Part shown: one piece after another, positions 9,381 through 17,653 of the stretch | Position numbering within the stretch: the first letter of the stretch is position 1 | How the letters are laid out: each line of letters starts with the position of its first letter | Translations under genes and position numbers: made by a program | The notes under the pieces: generated by a model | What the model was told of the DNA's origin: nothing | Database searches by the model: none | What the model saw: the letters and a program-made list of their open reading frames with translations, nothing else | Virus record (IMG/VR): IMGVR_UViG_3300027758_000025 | Span: 1-26,753 of that record | Source of the DNA: a virus | Taxonomy: Duplodnaviria > Caudoviricetes | Direction: 5' to 3' (one strand) | DNA: 26,753 bases

Positions 9381-10388
9381 ATGACTGAACAGATAACCGA
9401 AACAACCACAAAAGATGAAAGCTTGATGTTCACCTTTGGTGAACCTGAAATCGTGGATCGTGATTTCACTAACTACGATTATAACGAGCTTTATTACAAC
9501 GAAGATGGCGACTACTGGGAACCGCCACTTGATAGAGCAGGCTTAAACAAGCTGACTCGAGCCAATGCTTATCATGGCTCTATACTCATGGCTCGCCGCA
9601 ATATGATTGCAGGTCGATTCACCAAAGGGGGGATGCAAAAACAGCAGATGCAGTCTTCGGTACATGATTTCTTAGAATTTGGTGATACTGCCCTACTCAA
9701 ACTGAGAAACTATTTCGGTAAGGTCGTTGGACTGTGGCCTATTCCAACCATGTATTTACGCAAGCGCAAAAACGGCAATTTCGCTTTCCTTGAGCGTGAC
9801 AACAAACAGAAGAGCTACAAGAAAGAAGACATTATCTTCATCAAACAATACGACCCTGTTCAGCAGGTATATGGTGGACCTGATTACCTAGGCTGCGTCC
9901 AATCTGCTTTGTTAAGCAAGGACTCCACCACGTTCCGTCGTCGCTATTACAAAAATGGTCTGCACATGGGCTTTATCTTCTATGCGACAGACCCGAACCT
10001 AAGTAAAGATGACGAAGATGACCTAAAGAAGAAGATGGCTTCAAGCCGCGGTGTAGGCAACTTCCGCTCAATGTTCATCAACATTCCAAACGGCAATGAA
10101 AAAGGCATTCAACTTATTCCAGTTGGTGATATTGCGACCAAAGATGAATACGAGAAAATCAAGAATGTTACCGCGCAAGAGGTGATCACTGGTCACCGCT
10201 TCCCCGTCGAGTTGGCTGCTATCATTCCAAATGGTGGTACACGTGGTGACCCTGTGAAATTTGATTATGTCTATTGCAAGAACGAAGTTATTCCTGCGTG
10301 CCAAATGTTTATGGATGCCGTAAACAGCGACCCAGAAGTGCCAAAGCATCTACATTTGGAGTTTGATTTGGAAAACCAAGCCGCTTAG
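9381..10388 (+). CDS. gpQ: portal protein (P2 gpQ / PBSX family)
   Basis: QQVYGGPDYLG, FRRRYYKNG.HMGFI and G.GNFRSMF.NIP motifs. Confidence 0.96.
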   Translation: MTEQITETTTKDESLMFTFGEPEIVDRDFTNYDYNELYYNEDGDYWEPPLDRAGLNKLTRANAYHGSILMARRNMIAGRFTKGGMQKQQMQSSVHDFLEFGDTALLKLRNYFGKVVGLWPIPTMYLRKRKNGNFAFLERDNKQKSYKKEDIIFIKQYDPVQQVYGGPDYLGCVQSALLSKDSTTFRRRYYKNGLHMGFIFYATDPNLSKDDEDDLKKKMASSRGVGNFRSMFINIPNGNEKGIQLIPVGDIATKDEYEKIKNVTAQEVITGHRFPVELAAIIPNGGTRGDPVKFDYVYCKNEVIPACQMFMDAVNSDPEVPKHLHLEFDLENQAA

Positions 10389-10434
10389 GTTCTGTGAAAT
10401 TTTTTGCAATTTTTATTTGTACTTTAGTTTTCGC

Positions 10435-10459
10435 TCAGCCCTTTTCCAATAAGGGCTGA
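10435..10459. other. 9-bp inverted repeat downstream of the portal gene
   Basis: TCAGCCCTT-ttccaat-AAGGGCTGA; no U-tract, so terminator function is uncertain. Confidence 0.5.
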
Positions 10460-10754
10460 ACCACTTCAAAACAGATCATCCAGACACCAAAACGATCTTC
10501 CAAAATTACGACCAAAAACACAACAACCTTTTATATTCAACAACTTACAACCCAGAACCAGATCAATTGTGATCGTCAAAATTTCAATTCTCTTCAATTT
10601 TCTTCACACAACGAAATTCTGATAAGCACTCTATAGGAGCCTCTACGAAGTATTTCAGGATGGTAGACCCTTTATAGCAAAAGGGCTAAGACCATGCTTG
10701 CGGACTTCCCTAGTCCCCAAATTTCGTCATTTGAAAAGTGCGAAAAAACTGATC

Positions 10755-10795
10755 GTTTTAGCGCGCAGGCGGGTGAGGAGGAGTGCGATTTCGGT
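10755..10795. other. putative cos (cohesive-end) site
   Basis: G-rich tract GCGCGCAGGCGGGTGAGGAGGAGTGCG in non-coding DNA downstream of Q, where P2/186 have cos; resembles their GGCG.GGCGGGG.. ends. Exact cut positions not determined. Confidence 0.55.
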
Positions 10796-11015
10796 CATGT
10801 TTTCCCAACTTTACTTGATGTCTGTAATTCGTTGATGACTATTCCCCCTTCAGAACATGAATCGTTATATTTGGCATTAAAAAATGCCAAGGATGTCACT
10901 AACAGGCCTTACCTTATCTGTTACCTTCCGCAACTAACTCGGTCTATTCGGAACTTGGTTGCGCTAAGACCAGTTACTAAAGCAACGGTAATAACGATTA
11001 TGTGGAGAATTAAAA

Positions 11016-12029
11016 ATGTGTTGCTATACAAATAACGCTTTGTTGGATTACAAATCTTGGTGCACTTTGTATGAACTGAATAATAATATCTATAAGAAGG
11101 ATCACAAAGATATTGTAGATGCTACATACAGCAAGCATCAGGAGTGGTGGAAAGGTACCATTCAAGTGTTCTTTAACTTAAGAAACTTAAGCACGATTGG
11201 GGTTCAAAGTATCGACTCAGCGAAAAAAAGAACCTCCTATGATTCTGATAAAGAAGATAGGTTTTCTATCTTGTACAACGCTTTCGGCTCTAACCCTGCC
11301 ATATATGACACTTTATCACGTAGCATTGGGTACAACTCTTTGTTATTTGCCGAAGCATCTTTTGCTAAAGAAAATAACACTTCGTCAAGTGAAATTACAT
11401 TGACAGAGAGGCTCTTAAATATGATCGGCACCGCAGGAGCTGTGGTAGCTAAAAATTATGAGAGCAGCAACGCAAACAAAGAACACTTCTCTATATCCAA
11501 AATAGACTTCCAAACAAAAAACCGAGAGAAACATATCGGTGCAGATTTTGCTTTAATAATAGAGTCTCGAGATTGCAACGGTTTGCCAAAGTTTACACCT
11601 ATCATATTCCAAGCAAAAATGGCTCGAAATAGCGAAGCAAATATTAGCTACAGAAGTAAAAAAAGCGAAGAATCACAGTTCGAAACACTTTGCAAGCAAA
11701 ATAATGGATACTATATTTTTTATCCTAGTGGAGATGATATGGAGACTTTACCTTCAGTAAAAAGCGTGAAGAAAATCGATCCTATGGAACGACGTACTAG
11801 TACAGTAAATGATGTGATAGCTTTGTCTACGCTATATTTAGATATCGTGAGCAATACATCTGATAATTACCAATGTTATAACAATAGAAACGCTATGCTA
11901 GAGAGCATTTACACTCCGTTGGTCGAAGGAGATATTAGTAGTTTGCTTGTGATTTCTGAAGATGAAAACTCGAAAACTATATGGCAAAAAATCATTGATT
12001 CGATGTATATCGAGCCGAGATTGAGCTAA
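11016..12029 (+). CDS. accessory protein, putative PD-(D/E)xK nuclease fold; candidate defence gene
   Basis: GGAG RBS, AT-rich. SEITLTE...REKHIGADFALII...IIFQAK motif pattern; sits in the A-to-Q cargo slot. Confidence 0.65.
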   Translation: MCCYTNNALLDYKSWCTLYELNNNIYKKDHKDIVDATYSKHQEWWKGTIQVFFNLRNLSTIGVQSIDSAKKRTSYDSDKEDRFSILYNAFGSNPAIYDTLSRSIGYNSLLFAEASFAKENNTSSSEITLTERLLNMIGTAGAVVAKNYESSNANKEHFSISKIDFQTKNREKHIGADFALIIESRDCNGLPKFTPIIFQAKMARNSEANISYRSKKSEESQFETLCKQNNGYYIFYPSGDDMETLPSVKSVKKIDPMERRTSTVNDVIALSTLYLDIVSNTSDNYQCYNNRNAMLESIYTPLVEGDISSLLVISEDENSKTIWQKIIDSMYIEPRLS

Positions 12030-12072
12030 CAATAACATCGAACTAAGGGCTCTATTATCAACAGGCAAGCAA

Positions 12073-12103
12073 CTGTATAAAAATACAGATGATGACGTAT
12101 AAT
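12073..12103 (+). promoter_or_regulatory. LexA (SOS) box and -10 of the ogr promoter
   Basis: CTGTATAAAAATACAG (CTGT-N8-ACAG) at 12073-12088; TATAAT at 12098-12103. Confidence 0.8.
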
Positions 12104-12135
12104 AATTAGCTCTGTCTATTAGCTAGGTATTTATT

Positions 12136-12387
12136 ATGAGAGTGTTGTGCCCTGAGTGCGGAGAAAAAAGCCGTATTCAAAAATCCAACCGTTTATCTAA
12201 CAGTCATTCAGATTTGTATTGCAGTTGTAGTGACCCAGAATGTGGACACAGTTTTGTGATGAACTTGTCTTATAGCCATACGTTAAGCCCATCAGCAAAA
12301 ACCACTAGCCAAATGGCTTTCGAGTTGTGCAAAGCGTTGCCTCCAGAAACTCGACAACAGCTTAGGCACCAACTCTCTATGCTATAA
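12136..12387 (+). CDS. ogr: Ogr/Delta-family late transcription activator
   Basis: CPECG...LYCSCSDPECGHSFV C4 zinc finger and TLSPS motif. Confidence 0.93.
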   Translation: MRVLCPECGEKSRIQKSNRLSNSHSDLYCSCSDPECGHSFVMNLSYSHTLSPSAKTTSQMAFELCKALPPETRQQLRHQLSML

Positions 12388-12388
12388 A

Positions 12389-12616
12389 CTATTTCGATAT
12401 AAAAGCAGTGCTCTCCACTTCACAAGCCATCTCGATAATACTCAAGATGGCTTTTGTTTTTTGGGCATCTAATGAACCTTTCAAATCAGCCAGCACCAGA
12501 CTCGCCAAATAAGCAGCTGCTCGCCTTGTCTTTGGCGTAGCTTCACTACTTGCTGCACCATCCACGATGATTTCCAATGCTGTCAGTGCGGTGTCTTTGT
12601 TATTTTTCTCAGACAT
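12389..12616 (-). CDS. SOS-regulated small helical protein, candidate antirepressor (186 Tum position); possible longer form from ATG 12700
   Basis: ATG 12616 with AAGGG RBS, below a LexA-boxed promoter; downstream of and co-oriented with gene A. Function inferred from position only. Confidence 0.6.
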   Translation of the reverse strand: MSEKNNKDTALTALEIIVDGAASSEATPKTRRAAAYLASLVLADLKGSLDAQKTKAILSIIEMACEVESTAFISK

Positions 12617-12643
12617 ATCAATACCCTTACCAATCACGTAGGA

Positions 12644-12672
12644 AATATACTGTATATTTATACAGGTTTCTA
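12644..12672 (-). promoter_or_regulatory. LexA-repressed sigma70 promoter
   Basis: -35 TAGAAA (12672-12667); 17-bp spacer containing CTGTATAAATATACAG (12665-12650); -10 TATATT (12649-12644). Confidence 0.8.
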
Positions 12673-12798
12673 CTGTTGTTTTAAGATCAGTTTCACTCAT
12701 TTTAAATCTCCTCATTGCGGGAACATCAGAAATACATCAACGCAGTTGTGCTTAAATAAAAATCAATGAGGTGGGGTCTGAGGAAGGAGGGTGTATTT

Positions 12799-12827
12799 AT
12801 AGTCTGCAAACTATTGATTGCTGTCAA
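12799..12827 (-). promoter_or_regulatory. possible upstream sigma70 promoter
   Basis: TTGACA (12827-12822), 17-bp spacer, weak -10 GACTAT (12804-12799). Confidence 0.4.
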
Positions 12828-13004
12828 CGCCCCGAAAAGCACGTGATTAAGCTCAGTGTCATGTTTTACCATTTGCTCAAGTAGGAGCTACCAAGTTTGC
12901 AAAAAGGCTACGACATATTTTTGCGAAGCCACCAATACGAACCACTTTCATTTGATCTCAGCTTTTAATTTCATTTTGTGACATCAATCAAACTGTTAGC
13001 GCTC

Positions 13005-15491
13005 CTACGCTAGCGGCCAGTCGTCTGCCATCTCAGGGAAAAACAATAAGTCCGGTTGTTGATATTCTTTGGTTTCAGGCAGAGCAAATACGCTGCCCCA
13101 ACCTTCGAAATTTATCCAACTGCGGTCTTCTGCAGGTATGCAAGTCACTTCAACCAGTTGTGCTGGGCGAATATTGCCGCGTTCGTCCAGCTCCTCAGGG
13201 CGGATTTGCAAACTTCTTTCACTGTCGATGCGAATTGAACTGCCTTTTAGCAATGCGGCCAGTGCCGCTTTATCAATATTTGGTGATTTATTCTCTCGTT
13301 TATTAGCAGGGTCTAATAATCGGGTTAGCTGATCGCAGACCTGTACTTTCTCTGGCTCCGTACAGTTATTGACAGAACTCCGAGAGGAGCCAGAGGCTCC
13401 AAAAGCGGTCGCTTCGCTCCCAAGATCGCACGCTTTAGCTTCATCGTTAACCTTTGATTTCTTCTGAATCGTCCAAACTTTGATGCGAGTTTTGATGGTT
13501 TCTTCTGGTGTCGCGAAACCTTCTATTTTACGAACGTCTTCCCCATGTGGTGAAGCAAACGGCAAAACCTCATAAGAGTTCACGATCAGCAAATCTTCAC
13601 GCTTAACGAATGGGCCACCTTGCCCCATGATATAACCTTTCCAGTTACCATGATCGGCAGCTTTTAAAGTGTCTGTGATGCTTGCATCTTCTGACTTGGT
13701 GCGTGCCTGGTAGCTATCACCGATCACCTTCATCAACTCTTCATTGGTGATCAGCTTGCTAGGCTTAATAGGCCCAACAAGATCACGCTGTAGCATCGAG
13801 TAAATAGTGAGTAGGTCGACACGCTCTTGCATGAAGAGGTATTCCATAAACGCTTTTTTGTTCTGGTTAGCAAAGCGGCGTAATTCACGGTAAGTCGTAA
13901 CCGGCGCACCACCAAAGAACTGAAATTGACGAATGTTCCAACGGCTTTTCCAAGCACTAACGTTTTTCGCCATGTCTTTAACTGACTTGCCAGTTTCGTC
14001 GGATACTTCATCATCCATCGCGAAACCGTCGATGTTTTTGGAAATGTATTTAGCGATATAGCCTGTTGCTGTGCCTTTCTCTGGGTCAATTTCTCCTACA
14101 TCACAACGAGCCGAGTGATCAAACTTACCTTGTTTATCAAATAGCTCATGCTTGTCTTCTTTCGTTGCGTAATCGACAAATATTTCTGTAACTGCCTCTT
14201 TGTCTTCTGGCTTAACCCAGATAAGCAAATGCCAGTGTGGTGTGCCATCATGATGCGGCTCTGCAACGCGAACACCAAACCAACGGATTTCTTTACGACC
14301 TAACTTGGCGCGGATTCGTTGCCATACATTGTTTAAGTACGTTTGTGCATCACGTGGACTAGCGCCGTTCCAGTGACCAATGAAACCGCCTTTCTTGTAT
14401 GAGTTGTGATATTTAGCTGGCGTGGTCAGCGTTAGGAACAAGCCTTGTAAGCCCAGCTCGCTGCCAATGTCTTCACAACCACGGCAACGAACCATTAATT
14501 CGTGACGACGAATCGCAGGGTTAGCCACACTCTTTTTGACCATATCCCATAGATCAGCTTCTTCACCTGTTTCTTCATCTAAAAGCTGACACTGTTTAAT
14601 GTATTCATAGTTCGCTGTTTGCTGCTCCTGGTGTTCACGAACACAATCCCAAGACGCATACGGCGAAGCCTTAGAAGAGACTTGACCCATTGCAATGGCT
14701 AGGTGCTCACGCATGATTTTGCGGATTTTATTAAGACGGCCACACCACCACTTCTCGCTGATCAGCTTTGAAATGTCTTGCAGTGCAGATAACTCAGATT
14801 GCTCTTTGTACTTGCGAGGAGACTTAACACCAAAAGTGTTGGATACGAACTTAGCAACTTGCTCATAGGTGAACACCACCGCCATGGTGGTACCAAGCTC
14901 TGTCTTGGCGTGATACTTGTCGCTTTCCAATCGAAGAAAGCGATCAACAATGACAGAGATTTTAAAAGCCATCTCTTTAAGTTCAGATGGCTCAAGCTCT
15001 GCAAGTAATCGACTTTTTACTGGCTTACGATTGCGCTCTACCTTGTCAAAATCAAAGTATGCTTGCTTATTGTTAGCAAAGTCGCTTTGCTCAGTGTCAC
15101 TAAACTCTTCACTAAGCAAAGAAACCTTTTGAGTTGTAGGTAGTTTTTTGTATTTACGTAAAACCATAAGCGCACGCTCTGCAGCAGGCCCCATGCGCTC
15201 ACGCAAAAAGATGTTCGCTTCTCTTCTGCTTTTCTTTTCGAAAACTGAAATGTAACGAGTCACGAAGTACCTGGTTAGGTAATCCGGCAGGTCTTTAATC
15301 TTATCTTTCGCCCACTCGAAATCGTCTGGGTTAGCATCAAATAGCTTACGTTCCAGGACACTAAGATCATCAGGTTCAATGATTGTGTTGTATCGACGTG
15401 AACCAAAGCAGCCCGCTTCAACCTCAGTTAAAGGGGCTTGCCATGGAAAATCGTATAGGTCAATTTCAGTTGGTTCGATTAATGATTTCAA
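13005..15491 (-). CDS. gpA: rolling-circle replication endonuclease A
   Basis: FLTLTTPAKYH, EPHHDGTPHWHLL (HUH), YIAKYISKNIDG (two catalytic Tyr), WNIRQFQFFG. The TTG start is tentative. Confidence 0.96.
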   Translation of the reverse strand: MKSLIEPTEIDLYDFPWQAPLTEVEAGCFGSRRYNTIIEPDDLSVLERKLFDANPDDFEWAKDKIKDLPDYLTRYFVTRYISVFEKKSRREANIFLRERMGPAAERALMVLRKYKKLPTTQKVSLLSEEFSDTEQSDFANNKQAYFDFDKVERNRKPVKSRLLAELEPSELKEMAFKISVIVDRFLRLESDKYHAKTELGTTMAVVFTYEQVAKFVSNTFGVKSPRKYKEQSELSALQDISKLISEKWWCGRLNKIRKIMREHLAIAMGQVSSKASPYASWDCVREHQEQQTANYEYIKQCQLLDEETGEEADLWDMVKKSVANPAIRRHELMVRCRGCEDIGSELGLQGLFLTLTTPAKYHNSYKKGGFIGHWNGASPRDAQTYLNNVWQRIRAKLGRKEIRWFGVRVAEPHHDGTPHWHLLIWVKPEDKEAVTEIFVDYATKEDKHELFDKQGKFDHSARCDVGEIDPEKGTATGYIAKYISKNIDGFAMDDEVSDETGKSVKDMAKNVSAWKSRWNIRQFQFFGGAPVTTYRELRRFANQNKKAFMEYLFMQERVDLLTIYSMLQRDLVGPIKPSKLITNEELMKVIGDSYQARTKSEDASITDTLKAADHGNWKGYIMGQGGPFVKREDLLIVNSYEVLPFASPHGEDVRKIEGFATPEETIKTRIKVWTIQKKSKVNDEAKACDLGSEATAFGASGSSRSSVNNCTEPEKVQVCDQLTRLLDPANKRENKSPNIDKAALAALLKGSSIRIDSERSLQIRPEELDERGNIRPAQLVEVTCIPAEDRSWINFEGWGSVFALPETKEYQQPDLLFFPEMADDWPLA
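13360..13384 (-). other. P2/186-type replication origin (gpA nick site) inside gene A
   Basis: Minus strand CTCG^GAGTTCTGTCAATAACTGTAC, encoding RSSVNNCT, matches the P2/186 ori as I recall it. Predicted nick between 13381 and 13380. Confidence 0.8.
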
Positions 15492-15534
15492 TGTGTTAAT
15501 CTCAGTCTCAACGCACTTAACGAAGAGTTGGCTA

Positions 15535-15846
15535 ATGAAAACAAAACTATTTAAACCAGAACTAAAACTGGACTTTGACGATGCAATTGTTTCATTCGTT
15601 GAAAGCTATGAATCAAACGAGCACCTACCTGAACTCAAGGTGGCTCTACTATCAGATAAAGCTCAAAGCCAGTACCGTTCCATAACAGTCTTCGGTCAAG
15701 AGGCTTTAGAAGACCTGAACGAAGAAATGGAAGATTGGAACCTTGTCAATCTGCAACAAGGTTACCCGAGCGCTTCTCCGTACGCTGCGATCTACGGTTT
15801 CGAGCCTGAACCGCATTATGACGATGAAGACGAAATATTCTTATAG
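15535..15846 (+). CDS. acidic hypothetical protein (103 aa), antisense to the early operon
   Basis: ATG 15535 with GAAGAG upstream; fills an otherwise ORF-free gap; 23 D/E versus 7 K/R. Confidence 0.6.
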   Translation: MKTKLFKPELKLDFDDAIVSFVESYESNEHLPELKVALLSDKAQSQYRSITVFGQEALEDLNEEMEDWNLVNLQQGYPSASPYAAIYGFEPEPHYDDEDEIFL

Positions 15847-16036
15847 CGTCATTAAAAGTGCCATCAGACAATACGGTGGCTCTTAAACAAGCAAAGTAAC
15901 CCCAATCACTCAAATCCCTGCCTCTCCTCACTGCTGACATAAGCTCTTTCACCAAACTCAGACTTCCAAATTTACGGCAGCATTCTTGTTCAAAGCTTTC
16001 AATTAAATCATCCAAGGTAATTAGTGGCTCGTTCAT
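15746..16036 (-). CDS. hypothetical early phage protein (3' part overlaps the acidic antisense ORF)
   Basis: ATGA-coupled to the methyltransferase with a GAGG RBS. The last ~33 codons are antisense to 15535-15846. Confidence 0.6.
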   Translation of the reverse strand: MNEPLITLDDLIESFEQECCRKFGSLSLVKELMSAVRRGRDLSDWGYFACLRATVLSDGTFNDAIRIFRLHRHNAVQARNRRSQRTEKRSGNLVAD

Positions 16037-16575
16037 GCCGCCACCTCATGACCAACTGAAACGATATGGCTTAGCCCTTGAGGAATATCGAAGCGGTTGC
16101 CGTTATCCCAGATAAACCAAGCGTATTCACACGAATCTGAACCACCGCCAACAAAACGAGGGCGAGGAACGATGATTGGGCACTTTGGCGGAAAGCCAAT
16201 TTCAAACCAGAAAGAAAGGCGCTTTTTAGAGCCTAAATAGTTAACACGCTGTAGGTATGCCATGGTCCCGTCTGGGGCTAACTCACTTAGGCTTTTGCGA
16301 ATGAATTCCTCCGTTAGTGAAAACGGAGGATTAGTAATGATCACATCTTGCGTACCGAAATCAGTAGTTAGGTAATCAATGCCTTTTTCGATTTCAGCAA
16401 ATGACTTTTGGCTTTTTGGCAAAGTTATCTTGTCGAAGATTGCGCCAGTACCGTAGCAAGGTTCTAAAAACTTGTCGGTTGAGCGAACGGTTAACTTTGA
16501 TAGCAATGCGTCGACAACTTCTGGCGGTGTTGGGTACAGCTCACGAGGTTGCACTCTTCCGGTAGTTGAACTCAT
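16033..16575 (-). CDS. small orphan SAM-dependent amino (N6A/N4C) DNA methyltransferase
   Basis: YPTP (motif X), FLEPCYGTG (motif I), VIITNPPF (motif IV), YAWFIW. Confidence 0.88.
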   Translation of the reverse strand: MSSTTGRVQPRELYPTPPEVVDALLSKLTVRSTDKFLEPCYGTGAIFDKITLPKSQKSFAEIEKGIDYLTTDFGTQDVIITNPPFSLTEEFIRKSLSELAPDGTMAYLQRVNYLGSKKRLSFWFEIGFPPKCPIIVPRPRFVGGGSDSCEYAWFIWDNGNRFDIPQGLSHIVSVGHEVAA

Positions 16576-16585
16576 GACTTACCCC

Positions 16586-16993
16586 TTACTTACCAATGAC
16601 TGACAAGCAGTACTGTTCGAATTTATAAAGTGCTTCATCGTCCCAACGGCCAAGATCACGCAAGGCAAGCATTTCAACAAACAGGCTGCGGTTTTTCATA
16701 TCTAGCTGTGACCAATGGTGTAGCTGTGGCTTGGCGCTCTCGTTTTGATAAGAGCGGTACCAACTCACATAGGTATGAGCGAAGAACACGCTTGCACGAT
16801 CACCCTGCATTGCTTCTTTGATATCAGCTAAAACGTCCTCTAATGGGCGGTGTGTTTGAACAGGAGCTAACTTTTTAGCAATAGCATCAAGCTGAATCAC
16901 AATTTCTTCTTGCTGCGCTATGCTGCTTATTTCAAAGCGTGCGGCAATCTGTTCAAATGACTGGTTGAATAGATGTTCGTAGATATTGCTCAT
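16586..16993 (-). CDS. hypothetical early phage protein
   Basis: 135-aa ORF, ATGA-coupled, GAGGTGG RBS; no recognised motif. Confidence 0.75.
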   Translation of the reverse strand: MSNIYEHLFNQSFEQIAARFEISSIAQQEEIVIQLDAIAKKLAPVQTHRPLEDVLADIKEAMQGDRASVFFAHTYVSWYRSYQNESAKPQLHHWSQLDMKNRSLFVEMLALRDLGRWDDEALYKFEQYCLSVIGK

Positions 16994-17589
16994 GCTTCCA
17001 CCTCTGCTTTTGCTTCGGCTTCTTCACGGGCTTCAATGATCAGTTCAGTGACTTCGCTTTCGACTCTTAAAAGACGCTGAATTGGGCAATCACCGGTTGG
17101 ACAACCAACATAGAATCCATCAACAAGGCTGACTTCTTCACGGTAGACAACTGGTGAAAGTGAGTATTCATCACCATCTGGTGATGCCACCGACAGTGGG
17201 CGAACACGAACAATGAATAGATTGCTGCAGCCACGGAATTGGGTATTGATGTTTAATATGTCCGTGTTAGCCATTGCTAACACATTGATAGAGTGAACGA
17301 TGTCAAAGGCTTCTCTTTGCTTAAAGTTCTCTGCTAATTCTTCTGCAATTACTTCAAAAGCACCTGATTTCATGGCTTTTGCTAATTCAGTAAGCTGTTT
17401 CTCTTCGCATGGGTTAGGACTTATTACATATGGCTTTGGCAACAGATTAGACAGCGCAAATGAAAGACGGCGGTTTTGTTCCACCATCAGTTCATTGAAT
17501 GTCTGTGACTTTTCTAAATTCTGCGTTGATTGTTCTAAAACGCTTTCGGCTCGAGCCAAGATTTTATTGGCTTGTTCTAGGTCATTCAT
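16990..17589 (-). CDS. hypothetical early phage protein (199 aa)
   Basis: Start moved to ATG 17589 (AGGAG RBS), just downstream of a terminator; N-terminal coiled coil. Confidence 0.75.
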   Translation of the reverse strand: MNDLEQANKILARAESVLEQSTQNLEKSQTFNELMVEQNRRLSFALSNLLPKPYVISPNPCEEKQLTELAKAMKSGAFEVIAEELAENFKQREAFDIVHSINVLAMANTDILNINTQFRGCSNLFIVRVRPLSVASPDGDEYSLSPVVYREEVSLVDGFYVGCPTGDCPIQRLLRVESEVTELIIEAREEAEAKAEVEA

Positions 17590-17613
17590 CTTCCATGCTC
17601 CTACGCTAAGACG

Positions 17614-17639
17614 AAAAAAAAGCCCCCTGTTACAGGGGC
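17614..17639 (-). terminator. intrinsic terminator inside the early lytic operon (tR1-like)
   Basis: Minus strand GCCCCT-GTAAC-AGGGGGC followed by T8. Confidence 0.85.
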
Positions 17640-17653
17640 AAAGGCTTGGAGTA

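Noticed and set aside
10694-11035. 113-aa plus-strand ORF
   Set aside because: Runs across the putative cos and the likely promoter of the 11016 gene; no clear RBS or motif.
15379-15534. N-terminal extension of the acidic ORF
   Set aside because: Mostly antisense to the start of gene A; ATG 15535 is more plausible.
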